Shown: positions 37,547 to 50,272 of the stretch, piece by piece | How positions within the stretch are numbered: position 1 is the stretch's first letter | Layout: the number at the start of each line of letters is the position of its first letter | DNA from: Vitrella brassicaformis CCMP3155 | Taxonomy: Eukaryota; Protista; Chromerida | DNA length: 64,000 bases | Reading direction: 5' to 3' | Assembly (NCBI GenBank): GCA_001179505.1 | Contig: CDMY01000322.1 | Coordinates: 57,887-121,886, forward strand | The notes under the pieces: generated by a model | The model's input: the letters and a program-made list of their open reading frames with translations, nothing else | Databases searched by the model: none | What the model was told of the DNA's origin: nothing | Translations under genes and position numbers: made by a program

Positions 37547-40500
37547 TCACGCCCCGATCATCGAGACCATCCCATCAGGCAGGGGTGGGGGGACGGGGGG
37601 ACCCTCCAGCACCGATTGCGGGTCCTCGAGGAACCGCATCCGCAGCTGCTTGGCCTCGTTGAGCTTCTCCTTCTGCCTTTTCTCTGCCATCCGTTCTTGG
37701 TACGCCGCCTCCTCCTCTTCTGTCGGCTCGCGATAGAGGTTGTCCTCAATCCACCTGCACCAACACATACACATACGCATACAAACAAAAGGACAGATAC
37801 CTTACCGGCCTCTCTCTCTCTCTATCTCTGCTCACTTGTCGTATCCTCCAGGGTAAGTTCTGATCCACAGAGGGAGCCCCGTGCCGTCCTCTGAGAACTC
37901 GGGCTTGATGAGCTGCCTCTTGGGGGGAATCGGGTACATGACCGGCTCGTTGACGCCGTAGAACTCGAGCACGTCGAGGCTCTCCACGTTGCCCATCGAT
38001 TTGGCGTACCACGCGGGCGTGTAGCCGTACTGAAATGGAGAGAAAGAGAGAGAAGGTCTTTGGGGGAAGGGGGATGTGTGTGGTGCTTACGAAGTCAGTG
38101 TCGTTGATGCGCTGTGTGCTCCGTTGGGCGAGCATGTTGAGGATGGTGTCGTAGTTGTAAATGGCCGCTATGTGGAAGGCCGTCCGATTGTACACATCCT
38201 GACACACACACACACACACACACACATCGAGGGAGGCACATGGTGGCTGCAGTGCACTGCAGCGCTGCACCTGATGGTTGACGTGCTGGTCCGCCTCTGG
38301 GTCGTTCCTCAGCAGATAGTCCACCAGGTGCGCATCGCCACTCTCTGTCGCATGCATCAGGGGCGTCCATCGCATCTAAACACAGACACATGACGAGCAA
38401 GCAGAGAGAGTAGACACACGGCCTGGTCTCTGCTTGCTATGTGTGCTTGGTCGTTCCCTGCTGAGCTGACCCGGAGTGCACACCCCAGCCGGAGTCGATC
38501 TTTGCCTTTGTCCCAGTCCAACAAGTCTTCGATATCATAACTCTGCACGGAGGTCGACAGCAGACAGCCAAACGATGCATGGATGGATGGATGGATGCCA
38601 TCACGCTTTCTCACCGGTGCGAGATTGAACGTCTGCCTGGCGCCTTCGTTGCCCCACATGGCCTTCTCAAGCTGAACACACAACACACAACACACAGAAT
38701 GCATCCACCCTGCTGCCAGGTGGGCATCCACCCCTTCCTCCCTCCCTCCCTCTCCATCTCACGCAATCGAAGTCGTGCAAGCGAGCCCCCTTGTCCTTCA
38801 GCATCTGCAGTATGGCCAGCTTGGTCTCGGTGGACGTCCGCTCGAAGCCGATGGGCACGCGGCCGTCGCCTTTTTCCCCTTCATCCTGGCCCTCGCCTTC
38901 AGTGCCGGTGGGCGTGATGCCGCCCGCGAGATCGGGGTTGTCCAGCTGGCAGACGATTGACACGGCAGACTTGCCCGACTGCCAAAAGCCAAAAGCCAGC
39001 AGAGAGAAGAAAGAACGATATCATTGTTGGATGGGAAGGATCTCTGCGCGTGTGTGTGTGTGGCGTCGTCTCACCTGGTCAGTGAGGTTTGGGTCTGCTC
39101 CGCTGTCCAGCAGCTGCCTGATGGCCTTGACGGCAGGCACACCGCTGTAGACGCCACACGCTTGCATCAGGGCTGTGTCGCCAGCCTAATGGACAGATAC
39201 ACAAACACGCACACACAAACATTCTTGTCTCTCCCTCTCCCTCCCTTATTCCCTTACCGCGTTTTGCTGGTTGACACGAGCTCCCTTGGCCAGGAGCATG
39301 GCCACGATGCCGTCGTCCTCGCCCTCCTCGGCCTCATTCTCATGCAGCTTGTTGCTCTCAAATGTGGCCATCAGCAGGGGCGTCCGCCGGTCCTGAAGCG
39401 GTGAACACACACACACACACACACACAGACACACAGACACAGATGTACTTCACGTGTCTAGCAGAAGCCTGTGTGTGCCTGGTGAAACGTACGTTGTCCT
39501 CTGTGTCTGGTTTGGCACCAGCGTCGAGGAGCAACTTGACAACCTGACACACGAACCCGGAGCAAGGTTGTGAAGGATGGGCAGCTGAATGTGATGTGGT
39601 GTGATGTGATGTGACGCCGGTGTAGCTGATCACCTTGGTGTGGCCCTTGCCCGCCGCCCGATGCAGAGGGGAGAGCTTGTTCTACAAAAGGGAGGGAGAA
39701 ACAATCGCCACACGGATGGATAATGGATACCCATCATCAGGTCGGCAATCGACTTTCTTGTGCGTACAGACCAGGTCGAGTTTATTGACGTTTGCGCCCC
39801 TCTTGATGAGCATCTCCACCACCTCCCACACGCCCCAGTGACACGCGTAGTCCAGACAACTACGATTGTCCTGCCACAAGGCACACACGCCATACACACA
39901 TGATTGCCCACTTCGGGCACAATCGGCTCGGGTGGATGCGTGTACCTTGTCAGTGGTCTGGAAGTCGGCACCAGCGTCGAGAAGCAGTTCAGCGATCTGC
40001 GGAGACACCAAGAGAGAGGCACAGATTTGTTTTCCTGCATCAGATCTAATGTGATGTGGCTGTCCATAGCGCACCTGTGCGTATCTCTGTCGGACTTGTG
40101 GGTCTTGTGTGGTCTCTCTGAAGGTGATGAACCGCATGTCATGGCCGGCCTCCAGGTACGTCAGCCACCGGTGCGTCGGCCACAGACACACGTAGTCGAA
40201 AGCGCTGCGACCCATCTGACCCGAAGGAAGCCATGAGTCAGCGTGCCTCATGACGATCCGTCTTGTTGGTGCATCGTGTGTCGCGTACTTACCTTGTCTC
40301 GGCGGTTGACGTTGAGAGTGGACCTGAAGTCGCCTGTCGCTTCTTCGGTGGTGCTGGTGCTGATGCTGGCGCCCTCGTCGGTGTCCTTCCTGACGATGGC
40401 TTCGTTGTAGGTCATCAGCCGTTTCAGCATGGCGAGCTCGCCAAAGATGGCGGCATACGTCAGGGCGTCCCTACCACCATCCTGCACACGAGGCGCACAC

Positions 40501-41808
40501 AAGGAGACTCATTTGACGCCGCGCTTGAGCAACGTGTATGTGTGTGGGGTGGGGTGGTTACGTCAGTGCGTGTGGGGTCGGCTCCCCTGTCCATGAGCAG
40601 GTCGAAGATGGCCCGGGAGCCCTTGGAGATGCTGCGGTGGAGCGGGGAGATGCCCTCATCCTGACAGACAGACAGACAGACACCATCCACACACATACAT
40701 GGTTGTGTGTGTGTGTGTGTACCTTGTTGGTGTTGTAGTTGAGGTCAGCCCCCAGGTCCAGCAGCAGCCTCACCATCTTGATGTCCACATTGTCAATCGC
40801 ATGGTCCAGCGGCCGACGATTACTCTGCACACAACCATACCATCCCATACATGGAGCCATCGCACGCACCCATATTGGCACACACACACATGCATACCTT
40901 ATCTGGCGTGTCTGGGCTGATACCTCCCGCCCTGATCCACCGCTCGGCGAAGCCATAGTTGGACGCATTTACAGCCTGCACGACAAGCATGCACATGGCA
41001 CATGAGGACACACGCAGCCGAAAGGTGAGGCGGTCTGTCGACAGCAGTTCTCACGTCGTTAAGCGGCTCTCCAATGCGGTTCTCGAGAGCCAGCTCTTCT
41101 GGCGTGGCTGCAGACAGGCACACAACGGAATGCAGCTGCGCGTGTTGTGTATGTGTGTTGGGTGGCGTACGGATGTCCTCAGGCCCCTGTGTGATGAAGT
41201 AATTATAGGGGTCCCATATCTCATTCAGAAAGTGCTCGTAAGGCCACCTGTCGCGAATCATCCACGCTTAACTCACACACACAATATCGACACAGACACA
41301 ATCGACACACGCACACACACGCGCGTGCGCTCACGCAAACAGGACCACCCCCCGTGTGTGTCGCGTACCTCCCTGGCCCTGGGTGCCTCCGCTTGACGCG
41401 ATGTCTGTATCTCCCGTGCTGTCGCCTGTGGTGGGGTTGAACTTGCCCGCCAGCTTGCTCGCCTGAGCAGACGCCGCCATCCGCTTCAGCTCCGTCAATG
41501 TGGACGTCCTGCACACAGACACACAGCAACATACACACACATCACCACCCAGATCTGGCACCCATCGGCCGCCATGCTGTTCGTCACCTCTTCTCTCGCT
41601 GCTTCCGTGGCACTTCCGGCACTTGTATGGGCGGCAGGGTCTCCACAGCTGACGACTGCATCACCGTGCTGCCTCTCCTCGCCAGCCGCTGCCGCAGCGG
41701 CGATGCATTGAGGATGAAGGCAGATCTCGATGAGTCGTGGTGGTGGTGGTAGGCGAAGGACAGATCGTTGCAGAGCAGGACAGAGATGGCGGCAAGCATC
41801 AGCGCCAT
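37547..41808 (-). CDS. Ankyrin-repeat protein (about 10 or more repeats) with probable bipartite plastid-targeting leader
   Basis: RPLDHA..LLLDLGAD, SPLHRS..LLMDRGAD, SPLHRAAGKGH..LLLDAGA, TPLLMA..LLAKGA, TALMQA..LLDSGAD, TPLMHA, TAFHIA. Leader: MALMLAAISVLLCNDLSFA followed by an S/R-rich stretch containing SAF. Confidence 0.9.
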
Positions 41809-42188
41809 TGAGCGAGGGATCTGCTGCAGTGGCTTCAACACATCGCCGCTTGTGCCTGTGCCTGGGGAGGGATCACTCGCCTCATGCGGCTGCGATGAAT
41901 CGCGATGATCTATCATCCACCTTTTTCCTCCAAACTGCCGAGATTTGCGAGCTTTGAGCTTGCAGAGAAGGAGTCATTCTGCTCATTCTGAGCTTAGCGA
42001 GGCTAGCGAGAGCATTAGGGTGACACAGACGGTCACCTCTGTTGATATTCGCTGAGTTTGAGAATCGGCACTCATCCCATCTGCCGCTGTTATACCGCTC
42101 TCGCCAGCAGATCATCACATCCGCCGTGAAGTGCCCGTCGGCCGCCACCACGGGCACAGCAGGCGGCATCCACAGGCCAGCAGAGGAG

Positions 42189-44621
42189 ATGAGCGGCCGG
42201 CCGGCCGATGCTGCTCAATGCCGGCGGCTTCGTCATGGCGTTCCCTCGGGATGTGCTGCTGTGCGAGGGGCTGCGGGACACCTGCCTGGCGGTGCTGCTG
42301 AACCGCTTCGACAGCTGGATGATCACAGACGACAATCGCATTCACTTCATTGACGCAGACCCCTTCTACTTCATCTGGTGAGGGGGAGGGAGGGAAGCAA
42401 CACGATGGCTGACAGGCAGCAGCACTCCCCGTGTGTGTGTTCAGGTTGGCTGTGAAGCTTCGTTACCTGAGCTGCAGCCGCATCGACGTGAGTGAGATCA
42501 TCGAGGGCTGCCCCGCACTGGCCTTCTACCACGACCGATTCTTCGCCAAGACGGCCGTCACCATCGAGCCGCAACACGGTGACCACGACAGCGAGGCGTT
42601 CCGGGGCTTCATGGCCGTCATGGGGCCGTTCATCAGCTCATCGGTGGCGGGCGGGACGGGCGGCAGTGAGGTGCTGAGTGTGCCTGTGGCGGATGGCGGT
42701 GTGGTGGCCACGACCGACGCGACGCTGGCCGACTACAGCATACTGCACGACCGATTCATCAAGTAGGTCTACAGGCGGAGATGAGATGGCGTGGTGGTCA
42801 TCTTGGGCACCGTGTGTGTGTGTGTGTGTGTGTGTGTGCAGGTATGGGCCCGTCGCGGATGTGTCGGCAGACACCTTCCACAAGTAACACACCACAGCAG
42901 CAGCCAGGCGACACACGAAATCTCCATGTGTGTGTGGTGTGTGCAGGGTGGTGGATTACGTTCGTCGCATTTGGTTGGCCCCCGACGCCGCCACGCCGCT
43001 GCCGACGAGCAGTTGGCCTGACGAGCTGCTGTATGCCTGTGACATGTACGGCCTCATGGAGCCGGTGTACCTCTCGATGATCGGCAAATCCCACAGCCAC
43101 ATCAAATGCCTCTTCAAGTGAATCACAACACACATTAGGGGGGACGCAGGAGGGAGATGCCATGTGTTGATTTGGGTGCCTTTGTGTGTCAGGAGTTCGT
43201 CTGACGGCGGAGAGTTTGGCACTCTGGTAGAGCGAGTGGCGGGTGTGAGCGGCCTGCTGTTTGTCATCGAGGACGAGAAGCAGCACACCATCGCCTGCCA
43301 CATCGACGGGCCCCTCAGCCCCCCGGCTGACCCCACATCAGCACTGCTCACCGGCTGCCCCATGACCTTCTACTCCATCAATGGGCCATTTGAGGAGGGC
43401 GGCATCGCCAAGATCACCGTGCCGCCTGGCGACCAGCGGGTGATGGTCGCCGGCACAGAGGGGGCGGTGATTGGCACCAAGGGCGGGGCTGGCAAGGTGT
43501 CCATCGGTGGGGGCCGCCTGTGGCTGGGGTATGGGAAAGGTAGTCCGGGTGGCGACCTGCGCAGCTGCAGTCATTGGGTGGAGAGGGATGAGCTGCCCGA
43601 CGACAAGACGTACGTGGGCACCTTCGACGAGGAGGGACGGGCCACCCTGGCTGCCAGCCACTACTTCACAGCCCAGCGACTGGAGGTCTACCAGGTCAGA
43701 CCGACACATCAAGTGGACGAACGTCATCATGTCGATGTGACGTCTGTGTCCATGTGCGTCTGTGTGTGTGTGTGTCTGTTCAGGTGTGCAGCACTCTCCC
43801 GGCCGACCACTTCCTCCCCGCCTATGACCTGCAGGCCCTCATCGACACGACCCGCCACATAGGCATGACCGCACAGCTGCTCTACAAGTGGGTCAGCCAA
43901 AGATGGGCCGCCGGCAGTGACGTGATCATCGTATCTCTCTCCTGTCTGTCCGGCTGTGTCAGGGGCGAGCGTGACGGCTGGGCCCACACAACCATGGCGG
44001 CCAAGGTGGGCGAGGCGGCCGACCTGCTGATGCTCTTCAAAGACACCGGCAGCCACACCTTCGCCAGCCACATCGAGGGACAGCTCAAGCAGCCGGCCGA
44101 CCCCACTCGAGTGGAGACGACACTCTGCCCCGTGACCCTCTACTCCATCAGTGGCGCCTTCGAGGAGGGCGGCATCACCAAGAGCACCGTGCCACAAAAC
44201 AAGCAGGGTGTAATAGTAGCCGGCACAGAAGGGGCGGTGAAGGACAGCAAGGGTTGGGCTGGCAAGGTAGCCATCGGTGGCGGTCGCCTGTGGCTGTGGT
44301 TGGGGATTGGGGAGGATGGGCGGCCGGCTGGCGACCTCCGCCGCTGCCATCAGTTGGTGGAGAGGGATGAGCTGCCCGACGACAAGACGTACGTGGGCAG
44401 CATCAAAGAGGACAGATGGGCCACCTTAGCTGCCAGCCTCTTCTTCACGTGTGTCGATTTGGAGATCTACACACTGCAGGTCAGAGGGGCGGAGGGCGGC
44501 ACATGAGTGTTTCCCCTGTGGTGATTGTGCTGGGCTGTCTCTGTCTCTCTGTGTTCAGGTGCCGGATGGCTGGCAGTGGCTGAGTGCGGTGGCCGACATC
44601 GTGCTCTCACAATCGACATGA
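42189..44621 (+). CDS. BTB-BTB-TLDc-TLDc family, copy B; a 4-bp duplication frameshifts the N-terminus (intact from ATG 42208)
   Basis: Same exon structure as copy A. ATGAGCGGCCGGCCGGCCGATG here versus ATGAGCGGCCGGCCGATG in copies A and C. Ends VPDGWQWLSAVADIVLSQST*. Confidence 0.85.
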
Positions 44622-45195
44622 GTGGTGAGAGCTGTCTGTCGAGGGGCCGGCGGAGGGAATGAATGGGCAAATTAGCGGCTGTATTTGTCCAGTCGGCAGG
44701 CGTCGGATGCCCACGGCTATGCATCGGATGTGACGCTGTCCTTATGCAGCTGCGCCGTGGTGTCACTCGTGTGCCACTCGTGTGCTGCATGGCTGCCTGC
44801 ATTCTGCCCGCTTGAATAGACATGCCATCCAGGGAGAATCCGTTGAAGGCTGCCACACGATCGATGTGCCGTGCCAGGGAGGTCACACAGAGACAGACAG
44901 CCTTGCCGACCCTTGCCGACAGGCCCGGTGGCCAGGAGGGCGTTGTTGACAAATATATGGGAAAGACCATGCAGAATCGGCGCGTGTGTATGTGATGGTC
45001 AATTCGTCACTGTGGGAATCGGTCGATCGAAACTGGACACCTACTAGAAACAACACCAACAGTCGTACAACCAACGCACGACCCAACACTTCTCCCAAGC
45101 CACGCTGCACAGCACCCACCCCATCTGCTCATCACACCCCGTCTGTCTACACTGCTGCCAGCTGAGCGACTCATCGGCCGCTCACTCTGTCTATT

Positions 45196-46746
45196 CTACA
45201 CCGCCTCTGTCCTGCGGATGGCGAAGTCGGCCACGATGCCGTAGTGATCCGACACGATGCTCTGTCGGTCCTTGAAGATGACGCTCGCCGACAGCAGCCG
45301 CAGCACCGATGAGGCGTGCAGGCCCCTGGACGACTTGCCCGACGGGCTCGGGGACTCCGCCCACGGCACAGCCTGCCACGAGAGAGAGAAAGAGAGAGTG
45401 AAAGGCACACACGATGAATGCAGTACTTGCAGGGAGAGAAGGAAGGCCAGCGGCGTCGTGTGTGTGTTTTTTGGGGTGTTTTAGTTACATACCTGTCTGT
45501 AGACGATGTAGTCGTTTCGCTGGTCTGGTTCTGCCAGCCAGCCCCTGGTGAGTGGGTTGTCGCCGCTCCACGAGCACTCATGTCGGCCGCACTCGATCAG
45601 CGCATCCTTCCACACATCGCCATCGCCGCCCTCACCCTGCAGCATTTCCTGCATCTCCGGCTGGTCTACGTCTGCGTTGGTGTCGGCGCAGAGAATCACC
45701 GGCACACACCCGTTGCCAGTGATCGTCCGCACCAACTCACGCACCTGATTGACCACACAGCAGAGCGCAAAGAAAGAAAAGAACACCATTCATTCAGTCC
45801 CCTCTCTCCCCATGCATCTCTCTCTCCCCATCCACATTTCCATGCCCCACCTGGTAGATGCGGTTGGGATGCGCCACTCCGATGGCCAGTGCCGAGCAGG
45901 CAATCTTGACCCTCATGGCTGAGTGCTGCGGCTCTCCGTGTGATGAGCGGGGGGCAGGGGGGCCTTGGGAAGCCGGAAACAGAGGGCCGAGCGACTGCGG
46001 CAAGCCGTGTGTGCGCTGCGAGAGGGTGGCGAGGATGAAGCCGCGAGGGCGGAAGAAGCAGGTCTCGGCCACACAGCCGAAGTACGAGTACAACACCGTC
46101 TGCAACACGTACGCAATCCTTCCTCCATCTCCATCCGTCCATCTCTACTGGTCCCCCACCCACCTGATATGTGAGTGCCTGGATGGTGACCTCCTCAACC
46201 GCGAATCGCGATGACCGCACGAGCACCAGCAGGCCCAGGCAGTCATTGCACGATGCCCAGGGGAAGGCGATGGCCCGCACGCGAGGAGGGAGGCAGCAGG
46301 TGACGACGCAGCAGACGCTGGACAGCACGGGCCAGACGTACTTGAAGACCAGGTTGCTGATGGGCTGCAGGATGGAGAAGCCGTGCCGGCCCAGCTGGTG
46401 TGCTGAGATGGGCGTGTAGTCGGGAAACCCTTCGATGTACCGCTTCTGCACCTGGACGTCAAAGCACTCCTGAACAAACAGCAAGACAGACAGGAAGGAC
46501 AACACACGACACGCAGAATGGCAATGGCATGGCATGAGATCTGTGATGTTTGTTCTCCCTCGGCCTTGGTTCTTCCCTCCCTCCCTCCCTCCCTGTCACC
46601 TGCAGGCTGATGACGTCAGCGTTCTGTTCGCGGATGAGCTGGATCTGCTTCGAGAGGCGGCTGTCGTCCATCATAAACTTGCCGCAGAAGACGTTGAGCG
46701 TGAGGACGCGCAGAGGCACACCCTCGTCGCTGACATCGGACGCCAT
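45196..46746 (-). CDS. Endonuclease/exonuclease/phosphatase (EEP) family protein
   Basis: LRVLTLNV, ADVISLQ|E, ILCADTNA (GDxN-like), RNDYIV (RIDYI-like), VSDHYGIVADF. Confidence 0.88.
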
Positions 46747-46951
46747 CGCCTCGTCAGCCGAGGCGTCTACCAGACAGGCTCTGCTACTTCAGGAACGCAT
46801 TTTCCAGCTTGCAGACTCTCAGTGAGCCTCTCAAGTGCTTTAAGATAGAGACTGAGCCTCTTCGCGGGGACACCAACTTGCGAGCTTAAGTCAGCATCAA
46901 GAGTTTACGCTTGGCCATTGTTTTCCTCCGTGTGTGATGTTGAAGACGTGT

Positions 46952-48686
46952 ATGGTGTCACTTGCTGCTGTGGTATTGACGGCTGTCGCCTACTTCGGCG
47001 TGCAGGTTCATCATGCGACCAGACAACGGCTCCTCAGCGGCCTGGCACATCGTCCTGCTCCGTCATCGGGGAATGGACACAACTTCACAGCAAGGGGCTT
47101 GCTGCGCGGTGGACGGATTATGCTGCAAGACAATGGTGGTGCGTCGGAATCGGAGATTCCTGGTGGAAACACCAGCGCTTTTGAGATGGCCTACACGGAT
47201 TTCTATAACAGACCCATCCCTTCCGCACTCGTCGACAAGTGGTGGCTCTATGCAGAATCACACAATTGCTCAACGGAGCCCAGCCACTATGCCAACGTGG
47301 ACCATCAGCTGGAGTCTTTTCGCAGCCAGCAGACCTACACAAGGCCCGGCATCACCAATGAGATGGTTGAGAGCGCGGCAAACGCACAGAGGACTGTTCT
47401 CTGGCAGGTATGATATATGGACTCGGGAAGAAAAAACTACCAAAGACAAACGATCGTTTTGTGTCAGGTGAAGAAAGGCGAGTTATCTCATGTGCGAGGG
47501 GACGTCTACTTCTGGGGGAGCGGCCCCTGGCGAAACGAGCTTCTTGGGCCGATTGCAGCACTGTTGCCGGACATGCTGATAGCGACGAATCTCCTAGATG
47601 AGCCACGCGCCCTGCGGCCGGCGAATGAGAGCATCGAGCGGCCTGGTCGAGTGGCCTTTGTGGGCGGGAGCGCTGCTGAGGCCATCAGGCCATCCTGCCC
47701 CAACGAAACGGCTTTATATGAATCAACCGTTGGCTTCTTCGTCAGCCCTGCCACGTTCGATGCCCGCCGCGGTCTGCTACCCATCCTCTCTCGCACGCGC
47801 GTGTCGCCATGCTTTGTGGACATTGTGAGTTCGTTCTATCCTGGCGAGTGGGCTCCTAGAAGTGAGCCCTTGACCAGATGGGAAGACAAAGTGGGCAAGT
47901 TGGTTTGGCGTGGGTCCAACACGGGATGCCAGTGGACCAATGCAAACGATTTGCTGTGGAAGTGTGAGAGGGGGAGACTGGTGAAGCTGTTCGGCCAGAA
48001 CAACAAGAATGCAACTCTGAAGGATGTTGGCGACGAGATGCGGGCGCACGGCCTACTGTCGGATCAGGACAAGTGGCCGTCGGGCAAGTGGGCGTCATCG
48101 CGTGTGGGAGACCTCTTCGATGTGGCCATGACGGGCTACGGGCAGTGCAGCACGCCATCCATTTGCTCACAGCTGGAGAGCGTTCTGGGGACAGCCAAGC
48201 CGATGCCGGTTGAGGGCTATTTCGATTACAAGTATGTCCTGCATGTCGATGGCAACTCGTACTCGCGCAGACTGGTCAGCCTACTGCGCTCGAACTCCCT
48301 TGTCTTCATCTCGGTGAGCAACCACGAAAGAGGGCCTTACACTCTCTGACTTTTCTCTCCGTCAGACGGCTTTTGAGACGTGGATGGACGGGTGGCTGCA
48401 GCCGTGGGTGCACTTCGTTTCTGTCTCTCCCTCACTCACGGACCTGCCTTCAAAGCTGCTGTGGGCACTGGAGCACGACGACGAGGCGCGGCAGATAGCC
48501 CAGACCGCCCAGGGGTTCGCTGCGTCCCATCTGCGGCCCGTGGATTTCTCCTGCTATCTGGCGTGGCTGCTGATCGAGTATGAGAGCCTTTTTAGACCGA
48601 GACAGCGGCCGAGAGACCCTGGGCCTTCCATGTCACAAGGCGGCATTCTAAGGCATCTGAAGATATCAAGGCCGAGCAGAGTTTGA
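46952..48686 (+). CDS. Glycosyltransferase family 90 (CAP10/KDELC-like), type II membrane protein
   Basis: N-terminal TM (VSLAAVVLTAVAYFGVQV), KLVWRGSNTG, YKYVLHVDGNSYSRRLVSLLRSNSLVF, WLQPWVHFV, DL..KLLWA.EHDDEARQIA..AQ.FA. Confidence 0.9.
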
Positions 48687-48807
48687 TGATGATTTCGTCT
48701 TGGAATGACCCTTTCCTGATGAAGCAGGGCAAGACCGAGACTTGCAAGAAATCGGCTTGTGATGTCAGTTGAGACGGTTGGCTTCGGCATGAATGGATGT
48801 GTGTGAT

Positions 48808-49273
48808 CTCCCTGGCACATCGATCGTGTGGCAGCCTTCTGTCACGTAATGGATGTATGCTTCATGCAAGCGATGGAGTGTCGAAACATGACTACACAGG
48901 CAGGCGAGCATGCAGCACACCCGTGACCCCACGGCCACACACATGAACCAAACAAGAAGGTGATGAATGAAAAAGGCAGATATACACACATCAACGCCTA
49001 CGCAGCATTTGTATACAGACAGCGTCACATCGAAGACAATACATCCGAAGCGGAAGGAACGGGCCATCGATGCACTCGCTCCTCCGCCTGCCGACTATCC
49101 TAATGCACTCACTGGCTACTCTCTCCGCTCCCCTCCGCCCCTCCACAGACAGCTCTCATGTCGATTGTGAGAGCACTATGTCGGCCACCGCACTCAGCCA
49201 CTGCCAGCCATCCGGCACCTGAACACACACAGATACAACCAGGAGGGCAACGGAATCCAAACACTCATCTGCA
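48808..49273. repeat. Segment X, copy 1 (appears identical to 53593-54058)
   Basis: 466-bp match by eye, ending exactly at the gap. Confidence 0.92.
49156..49273 (-). CDS. BTB-BTB-TLDc-TLDc family, copy E: last exon only, rest presumably in the gap
   Basis: VPDGWQWLSAVADIVLSQST* plus part of the last intron, identical to copy C. Confidence 0.7.
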
Positions 49274-49573
49274 NNNNNNNNNNNNNNNNNNNNNNNNNNN
49301 NNNNNNNNNNNNNNNNNNNNNNNNNNNNNNNNNNNNNNNNNNNNNNNNNNNNNNNNNNNNNNNNNNNNNNNNNNNNNNNNNNNNNNNNNNNNNNNNNNNN
49401 NNNNNNNNNNNNNNNNNNNNNNNNNNNNNNNNNNNNNNNNNNNNNNNNNNNNNNNNNNNNNNNNNNNNNNNNNNNNNNNNNNNNNNNNNNNNNNNNNNNN
49501 NNNNNNNNNNNNNNNNNNNNNNNNNNNNNNNNNNNNNNNNNNNNNNNNNNNNNNNNNNNNNNNNNNNNNNNNN
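49274..49573. other. Assembly gap (300 N), probably much larger in reality
   Basis: Its two flanks match positions about 9.6 kb apart elsewhere in the window. Confidence 1.
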
Positions 49574-49929
49574 TGCAGCTATCGAGTGGCCTCGTCTGTC
49601 GGGGGCATTGAGCTCTCTCTGCGTGCCGAGAACCTCCGCCTTACTGCTAGCAGCTGATCAGCCAAATGGCTACACTTTTTCAGCTCTGAGCGACTGACTG
49701 ACTGGCTGGTTTTTTTCTGCGTTGTTCTGGGCGGCTTTCAGTGTCGAGGGCGTCTGTGTGTGTGACACACTTACCCAGGGGGCTGACCTGTGTGTGTGTG
49801 TATCATGTGAGTGAGACGCAGGTATGATGGCGACCAATCGTGCCCTCCCCTGGTACTTGGCTGTCTCTCTGCGTGCTCTCGGTACCTATCCCTTCCTCGC
49901 GTCGTGCGTATGCGCGTGTGTCGAGGACG
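49574..49929. repeat. Segment Y, copy 1 (appears identical to 63645-64000)
   Basis: 356-bp match up to the window end; offset 14,071 bp. Confidence 0.92.
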
Positions 49930-50272
49930 TGTTGGCCCATCGCACAGACGAGCGGGGGACTGCACCCATGCGTATCAACAATAAACGAGCAATGTACAGA
50001 GCAGCGCGACATAAGACGTTTGTTGGGTCAGAGTCCGACCATCGAACTACCTGACTCAGTCAGTATAGGCCATCCATTCCATCACTCTCATCCCCCATGC
50101 AGCCAGCACCCTGACTCAAAAACCAGTCCAGCCCCTGTCTGCACAGCTACTGGCCTTGCGACTGACTGACTGACTGACTGTCCGCCCACCCGCCACTAAT
50201 GTGAGTGATACGATAGTCACTCACTCACTCACTCACTGTCTGTCTGTCTGTCTGTCTGTATCTTGCCTTTTT

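Noticed and set aside
9239-48686. Glycan-metabolism gene cluster (GH99, hexose transporter, GT90)
   Set aside because: The genes are 7-25 kb apart, separated by unrelated genes, with no sign of co-regulation.
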